NCBI GenBank assembly: GCA_977018835.1
Contig: OZ361256.1
Location: 6,262,001 to 6,326,000 of the forward strand
Length of the DNA: 64,000 bases
Source of the DNA: Minutocellus sp. GHC0000111
Lineage: Eukaryota
Direction: 5' to 3'
The translations under genes and the position numbers were made by a program. Below the pieces are notes generated by a model that saw only the letters and a list, made by a program, of their open reading frames with translations, searched no databases and was not told the DNA's origin. Of the stretch, positions 10,989-22,084 are shown one piece after another. The stretch's first letter is position 1. Each line of letters begins with the position of its first letter.

Positions 10989-11242
10989 TTAATTATACAG
11001 AGCTTGATCACCTGGCACCTCCTAGATAGCTAACGCATAGGCACATTTTCTGATTTGCAATATATGATATATACAGATTCATACAATAAATGATTATTTA
11101 TGCAATTTTACAGAATAGATAATATCTTTCGATGCCTGATAGTTTCGGTGGAAATACAAATGGAGTACATGGACTAAAGCTTACACACCAGAGTAGTTCA
11201 TAATTTTAGACGTTTTCAAGGCCTGAGCATGTCACTTCTGTT

Positions 11243-11628
11243 CTAGCGTTTCAGCGAAAGCCGTGGACGAAAGACGAAATTGTTTTCGGTTTCGAACACG
11301 TCTTGAATGCACGTTATCATCGGTTTCACTTCGTTCACTGCAACCAAGGAGAGATTGCGTGAAGTGCCAGTTAAGGAGGGAGCGTGAGCCTCGTGCGGGC
11401 CAGAATTCACATCGCGGAAGAACAAGGTTGTTCTCCCCACCTGTGGTGCTGCTTGAATGTGACAAGGGCTGAACAGGGGGCTGAATTCTTTCTTTTGCAT
11501 GGGGTTTGTGTTGTATGTTTTGGCATCTTCGCAATTGTTCGATCGTACTTACGACCCTCAGGCGCAGCTTCCTTTTTAAAGGCACTCGAAGAGGCGAAGA
11601 TGATCTTCGTTGGGGCAATTTCGTTCAT
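11243..11628 (-). CDS. Small hypothetical protein, apparently frameshifted; probable paralog of 13609-13977
   Basis: MNEIAP...SSSAF in one frame and IQDVFETENNFVFRPR* in another, similar to SSAF and IEDIFDS...FVLRPR in the 13609-13977 ORF. Confidence 0.35.
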
Positions 11629-12327
11629 TCTGCAAGAACTGTCGACGCGGGACATCTCGGACGCAGTGGATAGAAGCGAAGAATGAAAGCGCAGGCAGGT
11701 AAATACTCGATACTAGCTAGCTAGAGAGGTTTCAAGCGCGAAAGCTAACTGACGTTCTTGAAAGTTCTTTCAGTGATCTGCTTCTTCTGGAGCGGAATCA
11801 AATGAATAATCTGGTCGAAGGAATGAGTGAATATGAGGGGTGGTCACTTATTGCCTCAATCTGTCATTTGGGTGCCGCCTTGCTGTCACTTGCGGCACCA
11901 GCCACTGTGCTGGACTGAGATTCGAAGGCCTTATCAATCCCGAGGCCGAAAGTATCGCAAAGTATCGCATGACGAGCTGGCGTGGAAGCAAGACTCATTG
12001 CAGCCAATGTGTTGGAATGCCATGCCAATCTGTGTGGACCGAAAGCACAAAGCAGCACACAGCAAATTTATGGCGCATTTGACGCATGACGCGCCTGGCA
12101 GCAGCAGGCTGGCCGGGAAAACTGCGCCGATGTGTTGGAATTCAATTTTTGCTGACACAAGGGCAAGCAGAAAATGGTCCCGAAACGGGAACAACATTAT
12201 AAGGTGCTTGCGAACCCAAAAGTAGCAACTGACGACCCTCCTGACACCCTCCTTTTGCCTCCTTGAATCAATCGGAACTCTTCCTTACCACAACCCAAAT
12301 TCCCCAACACACACAAAGCCACATAGC

Positions 12328-13314
12328 ATGAAGAAACTTTTCTGCCCTATCGCATCGGATTACCAACGCTCACCGCCCTTTGACATTGTCATGGCGATGA
12401 GCTGCTTCGCTGGAATGATGTATGGCATCCTCGCCTACGCGAATCCCAATTTCTTTTTCGGTCCCAAGAGCGACATCTTCCCATCATTCATCAAAACGAG
12501 CCTGAAATCAAATGATTTGGACCCAATCACAGTACACATGATGCGCCTCGAGGGCGTATCTGTCATTTCCATCATTCTATGCTACTATCTCTTTGACTTT
12601 GGACGAGTCGAATACGAGCGGGCTGCTTTGAAGGGATTTCTCGTTGGTCATGTCGCCACTGCAATCGTGCTTTTCACGGAAATCAAGAACAAAGCTACGA
12701 CCGAGTACTATATCAAAGAAGCACTTCCCTCCACACTCATTTGGTCGACTTGCCACATGGTTTTGCTTACGTATGCATTGGCGAAGCTTCCAAAATCAAC
12801 AAAGAAGCAAGGCGCTGTGAAGAAGGGCAGTTCTCGGCCTAGCTTCTCTGTCCCTCCCAATATCGATAGTGCCATCTTCTATGCATGTGCATTTGTCGTT
12901 GCGTTGACTTGCACCAAAGACTTCCGGGGTCCAGACCCAGCAGTGTTCCCCGTAACTCCTCTGAAGGATAACTCGTACGACCCAATCATGATTCTAGAAG
13001 CCAAGACGGTCGCCGCTTGGTACATGCCTCAGATTTATCATTTGCTGTTTTCGTCGCAAATAATGCCTGAAGTGACACACAAGGCCATGTCTCTATCCAT
13101 TATCTTGACGCTGCCCGTTCTTGCCCTTGCCATTTATGATAGAATCGGCAACGATCGGGCCTTCATAGCCATGATTTGTAGCTGCATTGGATTGTTGGCT
13201 GTGTCACTCTACCGCCTGCGTGAGTTGACATCCAAGAAGACTAAACTCGACGATGATTTCAGCGATGGCATGCATTTGCGTGACGGTAGAGTGATTTCAT
13301 ACAAATCTCAGTAG
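12328..13314 (+). CDS. Multi-pass membrane protein of unknown function
   Basis: 328-aa ORF with about 7-8 hydrophobic segments in two similar halves (DPITVHMMRLEG / DPIMILEAK). Confidence 0.7.
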   Translation: MKKLFCPIASDYQRSPPFDIVMAMSCFAGMMYGILAYANPNFFFGPKSDIFPSFIKTSLKSNDLDPITVHMMRLEGVSVISIILCYYLFDFGRVEYERAALKGFLVGHVATAIVLFTEIKNKATTEYYIKEALPSTLIWSTCHMVLLTYALAKLPKSTKKQGAVKKGSSRPSFSVPPNIDSAIFYACAFVVALTCTKDFRGPDPAVFPVTPLKDNSYDPIMILEAKTVAAWYMPQIYHLLFSSQIMPEVTHKAMSLSIILTLPVLALAIYDRIGNDRAFIAMICSCIGLLAVSLYRLRELTSKKTKLDDDFSDGMHLRDGRVISYKSQ

Positions 13315-13608
13315 GCCATAGAAAGACGTGACTCGTCTGGTGTAAAGAGACCAGCACTGATTATGGTAGATTTTTTGTATTTTGAAAAAGACACTTGATA
13401 TAGACTTTTAATAACTAGTTTCAACGTTTACAGTATGTGCGTATTATCAATTTAGTTCATATATGCAATATGAAGGGTTTGTACAGTGTGATCTGCTGTT
13501 CTCTCGAATTTTGCCAGATATATCGGCTTTCGTGCTCTGCAAATATATTTTTCATACAATATTAACAACGAATCTTCTTTTGCTTTTGTAAGCTGCTGCA
13601 GCGATGGT

Positions 13609-13977
13609 TCAAGGATGCCGGGTTATCCGAGGACGAAGAACGAAGCGCTGTCTCTGCGGTGAATCAAAAATATCTTCAATCGAAGGTGGTATATTTGCTA
13701 TGTTTCTCGCCTTTGGGGGGAGCGGTAGAGGCAGGAGCTGAGAATTCAAATCTATGTGCCTGAGCTTCTTCTTTGTGAGCCGTGGGGGCGTTCTTGGAGC
13801 AGTTTCCTTATTGCTCAGTGGCGTTGATGGCGCTGGCGCCAAGATGCAAGCATCTTGAATACGGAGCTGATCGGCATGTACTGCTGCAATCTTTTCTCCT
13901 CCAAAGGCGCTTGAAGGAGACGATAGGAAGCTGCTGACTCCCAACGTATTGACCGGTTGGTTGTTGGTTCTCTGCAT
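13609..13977 (-). CDS. Small Pro-rich hypothetical protein
   Basis: 122-aa ORF with TPPRL...LPLPP...FVLRPR motifs. Confidence 0.5.
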   Translation of the reverse strand: MQRTNNQPVNTLGVSSFLSSPSSAFGGEKIAAVHADQLRIQDACILAPAPSTPLSNKETAPRTPPRLTKKKLRHIDLNSQLLPLPLPPKARNIANIPPSIEDIFDSPQRQRFVLRPRITRHP

Positions 13978-14413
13978 TTTCTACCGGTATCAAACAGGAT
14001 GCGGACCGCTACAAGATCTTTGTAACGCGGCACAGAACAATTGCAAAGCTTTGCAATGTTTCGGTGTCTCTAACTGAGATCGGATGAGTATGAGTATGAT
14101 GAAAGTAGGAAGGGGGTCGGTTGGCTCTTAGGAATTCCTACGTGTGGGGTGTTGGGATCGATCGATGTTGGGAGAGAGAATAGTGCGGTCTTGGTAGGAG
14201 ACTCAATGAGCAATATGCTTCCACGGTGCATCAGTGGGCGCCGATGCAAAGCATAGAAGCATGGGTCATTTTTGCTCGTGCTTGGCGGCGCCTTTGCGAT
14301 CGAGAAGGTGCTTCGCCAGCGCGCGGTGGATCCAAGATGAGGCCTCTGCCGAGTTCGCTGGAAATGTTTCGTCTGACGACACGGCAGATCTTACACAACT
14401 GTGGGCTCCAGAC

Positions 14414-14469
14414 GCCTAAATCTCCGAAATGCCATCCCATGGCCTAAATCTCCGAAATGCCATCCCATG
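14414..14469. repeat. Exact 28-bp tandem duplication
   Basis: GCCTAAATCTCCGAAATGCCATCCCATG twice in a row. Confidence 0.95.
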
Positions 14470-14797
14470 GCCGAAGATGGAAGCTTTCGATGAGATGCAT
14501 CAGCACATTTAGACATTGCCCAACTTTAGTACTCGTAAATGCTGACATGTTGGCCGCATAGGCCCAGAGCAGAAGGATGTGACATGGAAAGCAAAGGAGC
14601 AAGCTCCAAGATGTTTTTTCCGAGGAAATCTTTGCTGAATCTTGGATAAGTATTATATTAGATCTACCACTAATGCGGAGTCTACACCCGCATGAAATCT
14701 AAAATGAAGAAAGGAAAGTAGAGCCTCTTTCATTACAAAAGTCTACGTCGTACACAGAAAATCATTTTCGATACAACAATACAAATAATTTCTTTTA

Positions 14798-16935
14798 TTA
14801 CCACTGATTAGAATACTCGTCCTGACTCTGCTGCATCTGAGATTCATTCTCGTTTACTCCGTACTCATTACCCCAGTCGTCTTTGTTGCCTTCTTCGATG
14901 GTGTCGAATCCACCACCTCCATCATTGTACCCGTCATCGCCGTAGCCGTCATCGGCATAACCATCACCGCCATCGCCATACTGGTCGTCCTCCAAATATT
15001 GGTTGCCTGGCTGCTGCGATCCGGCAAAGGAATCACCATACTCGTCAAAGTCATTATAGCCATCCTCGCCCTCAATCATGTTCATGTCATCGCCGGGCGG
15101 GGCATAGCCAGAATCGTCGTACGCGCTACCCAGAGGGTTGCCATCCTCATCGTACATTTGCATATCCCTGTTGAGATGGCGCTTCCGGTAGAAGACCAGT
15201 GCGCCAATCATGGCGGCGATGAGAAGCGCCACAATGATGAACGGATAGGCAGGAATGGTACTGCTATCCTCCCCTCTGACAATGGTGTCGCCCGAAGCAG
15301 CGGGGAAGTTGCCCGGTGCGTAGGCTAGACGAACGATGCGGCCATCAACAAGACGGTAGGTACCAGTGGGTCCCATCCCATCTCGAATTGTGTCGAGAAT
15401 ATCTTGCTTGAGGGTAGCCGGAATGTCCGTGACATTCCCGGCGACTCGAAGGCGGAGAGCACCATCTACTACGGTACAAGTATTGTCGTCCTCGGGAATG
15501 ATAACCTGACATTGATCTGTGGTGAATAGGCAGATAAGGATAAAGCAATTCAATCATCAAATAAGAAGCAAGGTTAGGAAAGCCTTCGCATCAACAATCA
15601 AGCGCAAGAAATCAAAATATTTTCTTTTTACAAGTCCCAGAGGTTCAACATACCTTGCAGATTGGGCGAATCCGGCGGAGCCGCCGTCAAACCCAGCACG
15701 TCAACTTGCTGCTGGAGGTTCCGCGAACGCTTTCGACGATTGTTGGCAAACTGACCACACTCATCTTCAAACAGAATGGGAAGCAACGAGTCCGATATCC
15801 GTATCTCCAATTCCGGCAGGATCTCGTTGGTCAGCGTCGCCACGGCCGCAATGGCCTCGGCGGTGGGCTGCGTTGCACCACCATCGTCCTGAACTCGGCG
15901 GTGCCTGTTGGGTGCATCTTCGGTTACACTGCCAAGATGCTCCACATTGACGAGACTGGAAAGCAGATCCTGGGGCACGGCCATCCGTCTCCTACCACCA
16001 CCATGCCCAAGAGTAGCCGCACGGAATGGACTAGCAGCACCCTCTTCGGTGGTACCACCGCTGCTGCCCCACCCCCACCCATCTGGCCGCTCGACCTCCT
16101 GAATCATAATTGGCGGTGTGCCATCGGGCAGCAGTTCCACCTCGTATCTGTACGGGACGGTGATCAAGCTCCCCTCTGCCTCGACGTTGCCAAAGTTGCC
16201 CTGACTCTTTTTGGTCGAAAAGCATTGAGAGGTGGGAGACTGCGTAGGTCTGCCGGTGGGTGCTGGGGTGGGCTGCGGCGTCGGGCCCTGCTCGGTGGGC
16301 ATCATGGTGAACGTTGGGGATTGGGTGAATGTCGGTGATTGGGTGAGGGTTGGCTGTTGAGTAATGGTCGGCTTGGGACTGACGGTGGGTGACTGCGTGA
16401 TGGTAGGACGGGGCGACAGCGTTGGGCTCTTGGTCGTCGTGGGTGCCATCGTGGTCGTCGGTGCGTCCGTCGTCGGCATCATGGTGATGGTGGGTGCCAA
16501 CGTGGGAGTGTCTGTTTCATTGGCTGGTATTGGCATCATACTAATCGTTGGTGCCTCGGTGGGCATGTCGGTCGGTTCGGGCGTGAACTGAGTCTGTCCA
16601 CCATTCACAGCGTCGAGAAGTATCCCGTCGAGGTTGAGACCGTGCCGATCTTCCAGGGTGGCCAAATCCTTTAGATTTCCGCCGTTGATTATATCGGCTG
16701 GGTTGGTAATTATTGGCACATTTCCAGCTTGATTCGGTTGAAGAGGTGGTGCCTCGTCGTTATCGTCATAGCCATCCCAAAAGATTCCATGTGCCGCCTT
16801 TTCGTGTCGATCGGATGGATCTTGAGCTTGGGAAGGCAACTTGGGCGGTGTTCGCTGATTAATTTCTACCACTGGTTCATCGGACGATGATGATTCCTCG
16901 GACACCGAGCCCCACTTGTTGTGTCGGTCGGCCAT
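14798..16935 (-). CDS. Single-pass membrane protein with Pro/Thr mucin-like stalk and acidic Tyr/Gly-rich cytosolic tail (2 exons; intron 15517-15653)
   Basis: Splicing GTATG(15653)...CACAG(15517) joins NLQ to DQCQVII in frame. PT repeats, TM segment YPFIIVALLIAAMIGALVFY followed by RKR. Confidence 0.75.
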
Positions 16936-17866
16936 TGTGCAATTTTATATATTGTGTGAATGAACGCTGCTGGGCTTCAGTTTAGTGGGTGATTTTCCCG
17001 CTTCTTCTCTGACTTGTGTAGCGTCCGGATTATGTCTGGCAAACCGAACTCTTTTCCTCTTGTGCTCAAAAAGATACAGGCTACAGACGCACTTTGACTT
17101 CTACTGCCAAATAATCTCTTGCTACGAATGAGCCTCTTTGCAATTCAATTCCGCCCTAGCTAGCTTGCACCTCGTCTAAATTGAAGAACGTGCTTTGTTG
17201 ATGATGTCTTGGGAGAGAACGCGAGACGACGATCGTGTCAAAAAAGCCCGCGGTTCCAAAACCGGCACGACTTGTGCTGATATGTGTCTGTCTGTCTTGC
17301 CGATGCGTTGAACCCATCCCAATCGGGACATGCACAGCTCGTGTTTGTATTGTATGGCAAGGGGCACTGGTGGCAACCCTTCTCTCTTGCGACGATCGTA
17401 CCAAAGTAGATCCCACGTGATGGAACCGGTCTGGTGGCGGTGGCGGCGAGGAACGGCCAAGCTTGTCAAAATTTCATAGTCAATTAGATTCGACTGTCGG
17501 AATGACGTAATTTTTCCGTTGGGATAATCAGAGTGAGTCGAGTGTGCCGTCAAAAATGGCAAAAGGAATACAGGGATACATTCGATTTCCTCATTTCTGG
17601 GAAATTCATCCCCAGGAAAATCTGAGTCATCGATGATGATGGTCGACGTCGAAGAAGCTTCAAGAGAGAGCAGTAGCAGTACCGCGGTATCAGTAAATGC
17701 TGCAACAAGAAGCGCAATCAACAAGGCGATATAAGCTTCTTTGCGCAATAGCGATATTTGCCAGAGGTTCTCCTCAACATATCGTAAATTCCGACAAACT
17801 TTCCCCACTGCCGTCGAGATTCGTCATTCCAAGTCAATGCAAACGAAAGTAGCCGGCAAAACAAAT

Positions 17867-18817
17867 ATGCACATGCTGCCGCTGCTGCTTATCGTCTGCG
17901 CATTTCTTTCCCTGCAGCCAGCCAATGCCCTCGTGGCAGTACCGCTGCCAGGGCGCAACATCAATAATGGATGGTCTGCTCCAACTGAGAATCCTACAGC
18001 AATTCCAAAGCAAGAAAAGGAAACCTCAACCAGTACTACCGTCATTGTTCGCAAAACCACAAAAGACGACATAGCGCAGATATCGGCCCTGCTAGCATCG
18101 GCTTCTGCGGGAAATGACGCCGATGCGCAACTCAATTGGAACACCAAAATGCAAATATTGCGGGATCAAAACACCTACAAGAAGCAATTATCACAACGAC
18201 TCGATGTGCTGGGGGCGGGTAAGAAGGCTGCCCGAAAAGCGCACGATGCATTGGTCGACGCTGGATTGATGAGCAATACCGATGAAGAGTGCAGCATCAG
18301 TGAAGACGATTACACCGGCCGTCGCATCCGTCTCATATGGAATGACGATGCATTTCGACAAAAGCTGGAGAGAGCGGCGAATGCGATTGATACCACCGAA
18401 CGGCATGCCTGGCACGGACATAACTTTGCCGTCCCTCCCAACCCATCACTGTTGCAGCACGTCATGCTAACGGCGGTGGATGCCAACACCAATGCAGTAG
18501 CTGGATTCTGCGAGGTGGCCATGCTACCGCTACCAGACGACGCAAGCGGATATTCCTGCTGTACTCCCATGATTAGCAATCTGGTGACCAGCCCAGACTA
18601 TCGACGGAGGGGGATTGCCACCAACTTGCTAAGGAGTGCAAGGCGATATGTCCGTTGCTGCTGGGGATCATGCGACGACATGCCACTGGGATTGTATGTG
18701 GAGAGGGATAATACCGCAGCCAAAACATTGTATGCTCGGCAAGGCTTTGTGGAGGAGGGAATTTGTAGTCACAAGCCAACGCGACTGTACATGTCGTTGC
18801 AGCAAGCGTACATATGA
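17867..18817 (+). CDS. GNAT-family N-acetyltransferase with N-terminal signal (possibly plastid-targeted)
   Basis: ISNLVTSPDYRRRGIA (acetyl-CoA-binding motif A), LYVERDNTAAKTLYARQGF; signal-like LLLIVCAFLSLQPANA. Confidence 0.85.
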   Translation: MHMLPLLLIVCAFLSLQPANALVAVPLPGRNINNGWSAPTENPTAIPKQEKETSTSTTVIVRKTTKDDIAQISALLASASAGNDADAQLNWNTKMQILRDQNTYKKQLSQRLDVLGAGKKAARKAHDALVDAGLMSNTDEECSISEDDYTGRRIRLIWNDDAFRQKLERAANAIDTTERHAWHGHNFAVPPNPSLLQHVMLTAVDANTNAVAGFCEVAMLPLPDDASGYSCCTPMISNLVTSPDYRRRGIATNLLRSARRYVRCCWGSCDDMPLGLYVERDNTAAKTLYARQGFVEEGICSHKPTRLYMSLQQAYI

Positions 18818-18923
18818 CGTTTTGCAGTATTTCTAATTACACTATTCAGTACTTTACAACGATCGCCAGCTGGTGATCGTGCAGATCAAGCGGCTCGTAT
18901 TACGTAAAATGCAATATCAATAT

Positions 18924-19499
18924 CTAGTTAGACTTCATTCCACCACCTAGCTTGTAAAAGCGAGATGTCTCGATGTTCATTTGCATCGGGTCGGTGATGG
19001 TCAGCTCAATGCCCTTGATGTATTTCTCGCTCTTACCCGGAATGAGTTTCAGCTTCAAAGGAGCGGCATGGTTGAATGGAACGATGACACTGCCAGCAGG
19101 TCCAGTTGGGACGGTGAATTGCTGCAACTCGGTGCCATCGCAGACGACTCGGTTGATATTGAACGACGCTACTCCTGTATCTTCGTTGAATTGGTTCTCG
19201 ATGAACTTTCCCTCGAAGACGACTCCACTGCCGGGAACGAATGGGTTTGGATCATCACAGAGAGAAAAGCCGGATGGACCACGTAGGACCATCTCGCAGT
19301 TCTTGCCCTGAAACCCTTCCGATTCCTCGCATTTCATGAGCATCTTGAGGGCGAGGCGAGAACCGGGTGGACGAGCCACGGCGCCGTTGGTAGAGAGTCC
19401 GCCGCCGTACCAGCCTTCAAAGTCAAATATGCCAAAGTCACCGGCATGAGCAGCTGTGATGAGGAATGATACGATGGCAAGGGATGAAAAGGTCTTCAT
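18924..19499 (-). CDS. Secreted hypothetical protein
   Basis: Signal peptide MKTFSSLAIVSFLITAAHA; 191 aa with 4 Cys. Confidence 0.7.
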   Translation of the reverse strand: MKTFSSLAIVSFLITAAHAGDFGIFDFEGWYGGGLSTNGAVARPPGSRLALKMLMKCEESEGFQGKNCEMVLRGPSGFSLCDDPNPFVPGSGVVFEGKFIENQFNEDTGVASFNINRVVCDGTELQQFTVPTGPAGSVIVPFNHAAPLKLKLIPGKSEKYIKGIELTITDPMQMNIETSRFYKLGGGMKSN

Positions 19500-19869
19500 G
19501 GTTGGATTGTTGTTATAGTGGCTACTTTCACTTTTTGCTTTCTCGAGAAACTGTTAGTTGAATTGTGAGCATGTGATCAGCCAGAGATCACCGATGGTTC
19601 GCAGTCTGGCGAAGAAACGTCGACGAAAATAGACTCAAGTGTGCGCCATCGGTGTCATCAGTCGCGCAAGGTTCATCCTTGCCGATAGGAATTCCTAGCT
19701 AGAGGCAGGAGCATTGTAGCCGGGAGGTGCTCCGATGGTGACGAGAAAGATCTCCCGGCGGAGTCTCTCGGGCGCGGCTGAGTGAGTCGAATGAATCCTG
19801 TGAGTCCTGCATCCGATTTATGTGAAGATATGCAGGCATTCACCGACGACGACCATGCCAATCCCGACC

Positions 19870-20660
19870 GAAATCGCTCCCCGCCACCGCTTCAGTGACC
19901 TGTATCTTGTGAGCCACTGCGTCCTGACCCACGTTACCCATGTCCATTCGCGTCCTATGGTCCTTACCTACATTGATATGCGGTCGATCGAACTGATTTG
20001 ACAGACTGGTTCAAGAGAACGCGCGAATTTCCCCAAAAATGCGCCGAATTCCGCCACTCGCCTCAAAATGAGGTTTTTCGGTGTTATCTTGTGAGATGAT
20101 TCTTTCAGACCCGGGTTCAACCATTTCAAACTTTTATTTTGGTGTATGGTCGCATTGCCGTTCGGTCGATAAGCATGAACTTTCGCTCTGGGTCGAGAGA
20201 ACGCCTATTTTCATCTCAAAATTGGGCCAGAATCGGTCAAGTACGGCAAAATCAGGTTTTTTGGTATTATCTCATGAGATATTGCTCCCTGACCAAACTT
20301 GGGCACATTCAATCGATTTGTGTGGCATTAAAGTTGATTGGTGTGCGGTCGTTCGAACTGAGCTTGCAAGGAGAGTCAAGAGAATTCACAAAATTACACC
20401 TCAAAAATCGGGCCAAAATCCGACACTTGCCGCAAAAAGTGGTATTTGGGTAATATCTTGTGAGATAATGCTTCCCGCCCCGGACAGAACATGTTCATTC
20501 GCCTTTTTGGGCCCCATTGTGGATTGCGGTGCGGCCGATAGAACTTATTTTTAATCTTGGGTCAAGAGATGATGTATTTGCTGTTGAAAAATTCGCTGAC
20601 AATCGAACCTCCCCCACGAAATGAGATACATGGGTATTATCATACCAATTGACGGTCCAG
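19870..20660. repeat. Degenerate tandem array with ~183-bp period
   Basis: TATCTTGTGAG/TATCTCATGAG at 19903, 20085, 20268 and 20454, with a weaker copy near 20638. CGGTCGAT and TCAAGAGA also recur at the same spacing. Confidence 0.75.
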
Positions 20661-22084
20661 CCTGGGATAGTGGTGATCGCACCGATATCTTTTGGCCAAT
20701 TGTGGATAATGATCTCGTCCTTATATCTAATTTGGTGCAGTGGGCTGAGAAATATATATTATGTTCCATACTGAAATTTTGCTGAATCCCGACAATGGGC
20801 CACAAAAATACAATTTTCTCCGTCGAACCTGATGAGTTAGAGTTCCAGACCAAGATTGTGGCCATTCAATCTTTCTTCTGGGTACATGACCTGATGATGA
20901 TGAGGTGGAGACAACTCATTTGGCCCCATATATCAAGAAAGCGCGCCGAGATGTCCGGAAATTGTGAGAAGAACTGCTTGCTTAGGCAAACAGTACAGAA
21001 TATGAAACGAATTGGACAAGATGGCATGCTTTTTTTTGTGCAATTGAATTGCTCCCATATCTTCAATATGACCTCGGATTGGGTATTAATACAAGTTTTG
21101 TGGGTTTGGTGCGGTTGATGGTCCTTTCTGATTGCTATGAATGCTAATTGGTGGTCGTTGTAGCAATTTCGTACGTCTTGCCGTATGGTGATAGGCGCAG
21201 AGGAGGAGCAAACCTGGCCAATAGCTCGTATAGATCAAGAACATAGTCCGAGTATGGTATAGGACAGCCCAGTGATGAAACGTTTCGTGGGTTTTCTATG
21301 AATCTTGTTGGTTCGGTGGCTACTGGACTGATGCAAGGGAGTCTGATGGCGCAATTTTTCGCCCACTCACCATCATTTGTTGCTCACGAGCTGGCAACCA
21401 CTGAATAGAATGGCCGTGAAAAGGCGGCTCTTAGTATCCTTGGGTGATTTTTGTGCTCCCGATATATTGTTGTTTTTGGTGAGGGATGCATCAGACCTAC
21501 AGTGGCTGAATTTTGTTCCATTTCGCCGCTCAGATGGGGAAATGTGTGTGTAAATTTGAATAGTAGAGGCATGTTTGGGCAAGATTGCCGCTTTGACTCT
21601 CCATCATAGTCCAGAGGTAGTATATAAGAGTGCAATGATAAAACTCTTCGCAGGGTTTTGGCAAATGATTGCGATTTCGTAGCTGCGCCCGTATTGTGGG
21701 TGGAGGTTGGCGACACTCGCGTGGGTTCTCAGCGGGGACTTTCCACTTCTATTACATGACGAAGATTTGGCATGAATCTGCCCAGAACACATCAAAAGGC
21801 AACTCATAATAGCACAGATGGATCGTCAGTCCATGTGGTGTATACCTGCTAACAGTATTGCGAGTACATGTCCAGACTTTCTCAACTTCCTCCTAGGGGG
21901 TTTCCTCGAATTCTCGCTGGTGGGTGAGTTCTACTCGTATTTATCTCCAGCTAGCTAGCTAGCTAGCTAGGTTCTCACCGTCGCATTATGCAGTCATTAG
22001 TCATTTCGGAAGGAAGCTTTAGAAACTTATATAGTTTACATCATAATGGTGAAGTGTCTTGATTCTTACACATACATTGGGAGC

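Noticed and set aside
20081..21807. Short ORFs in the non-genic block as transposase remnants, and possible element termini
   Set aside because: No DDE, RT or helicase motifs recognised, and no convincing TIR/TSD pair found by eye.
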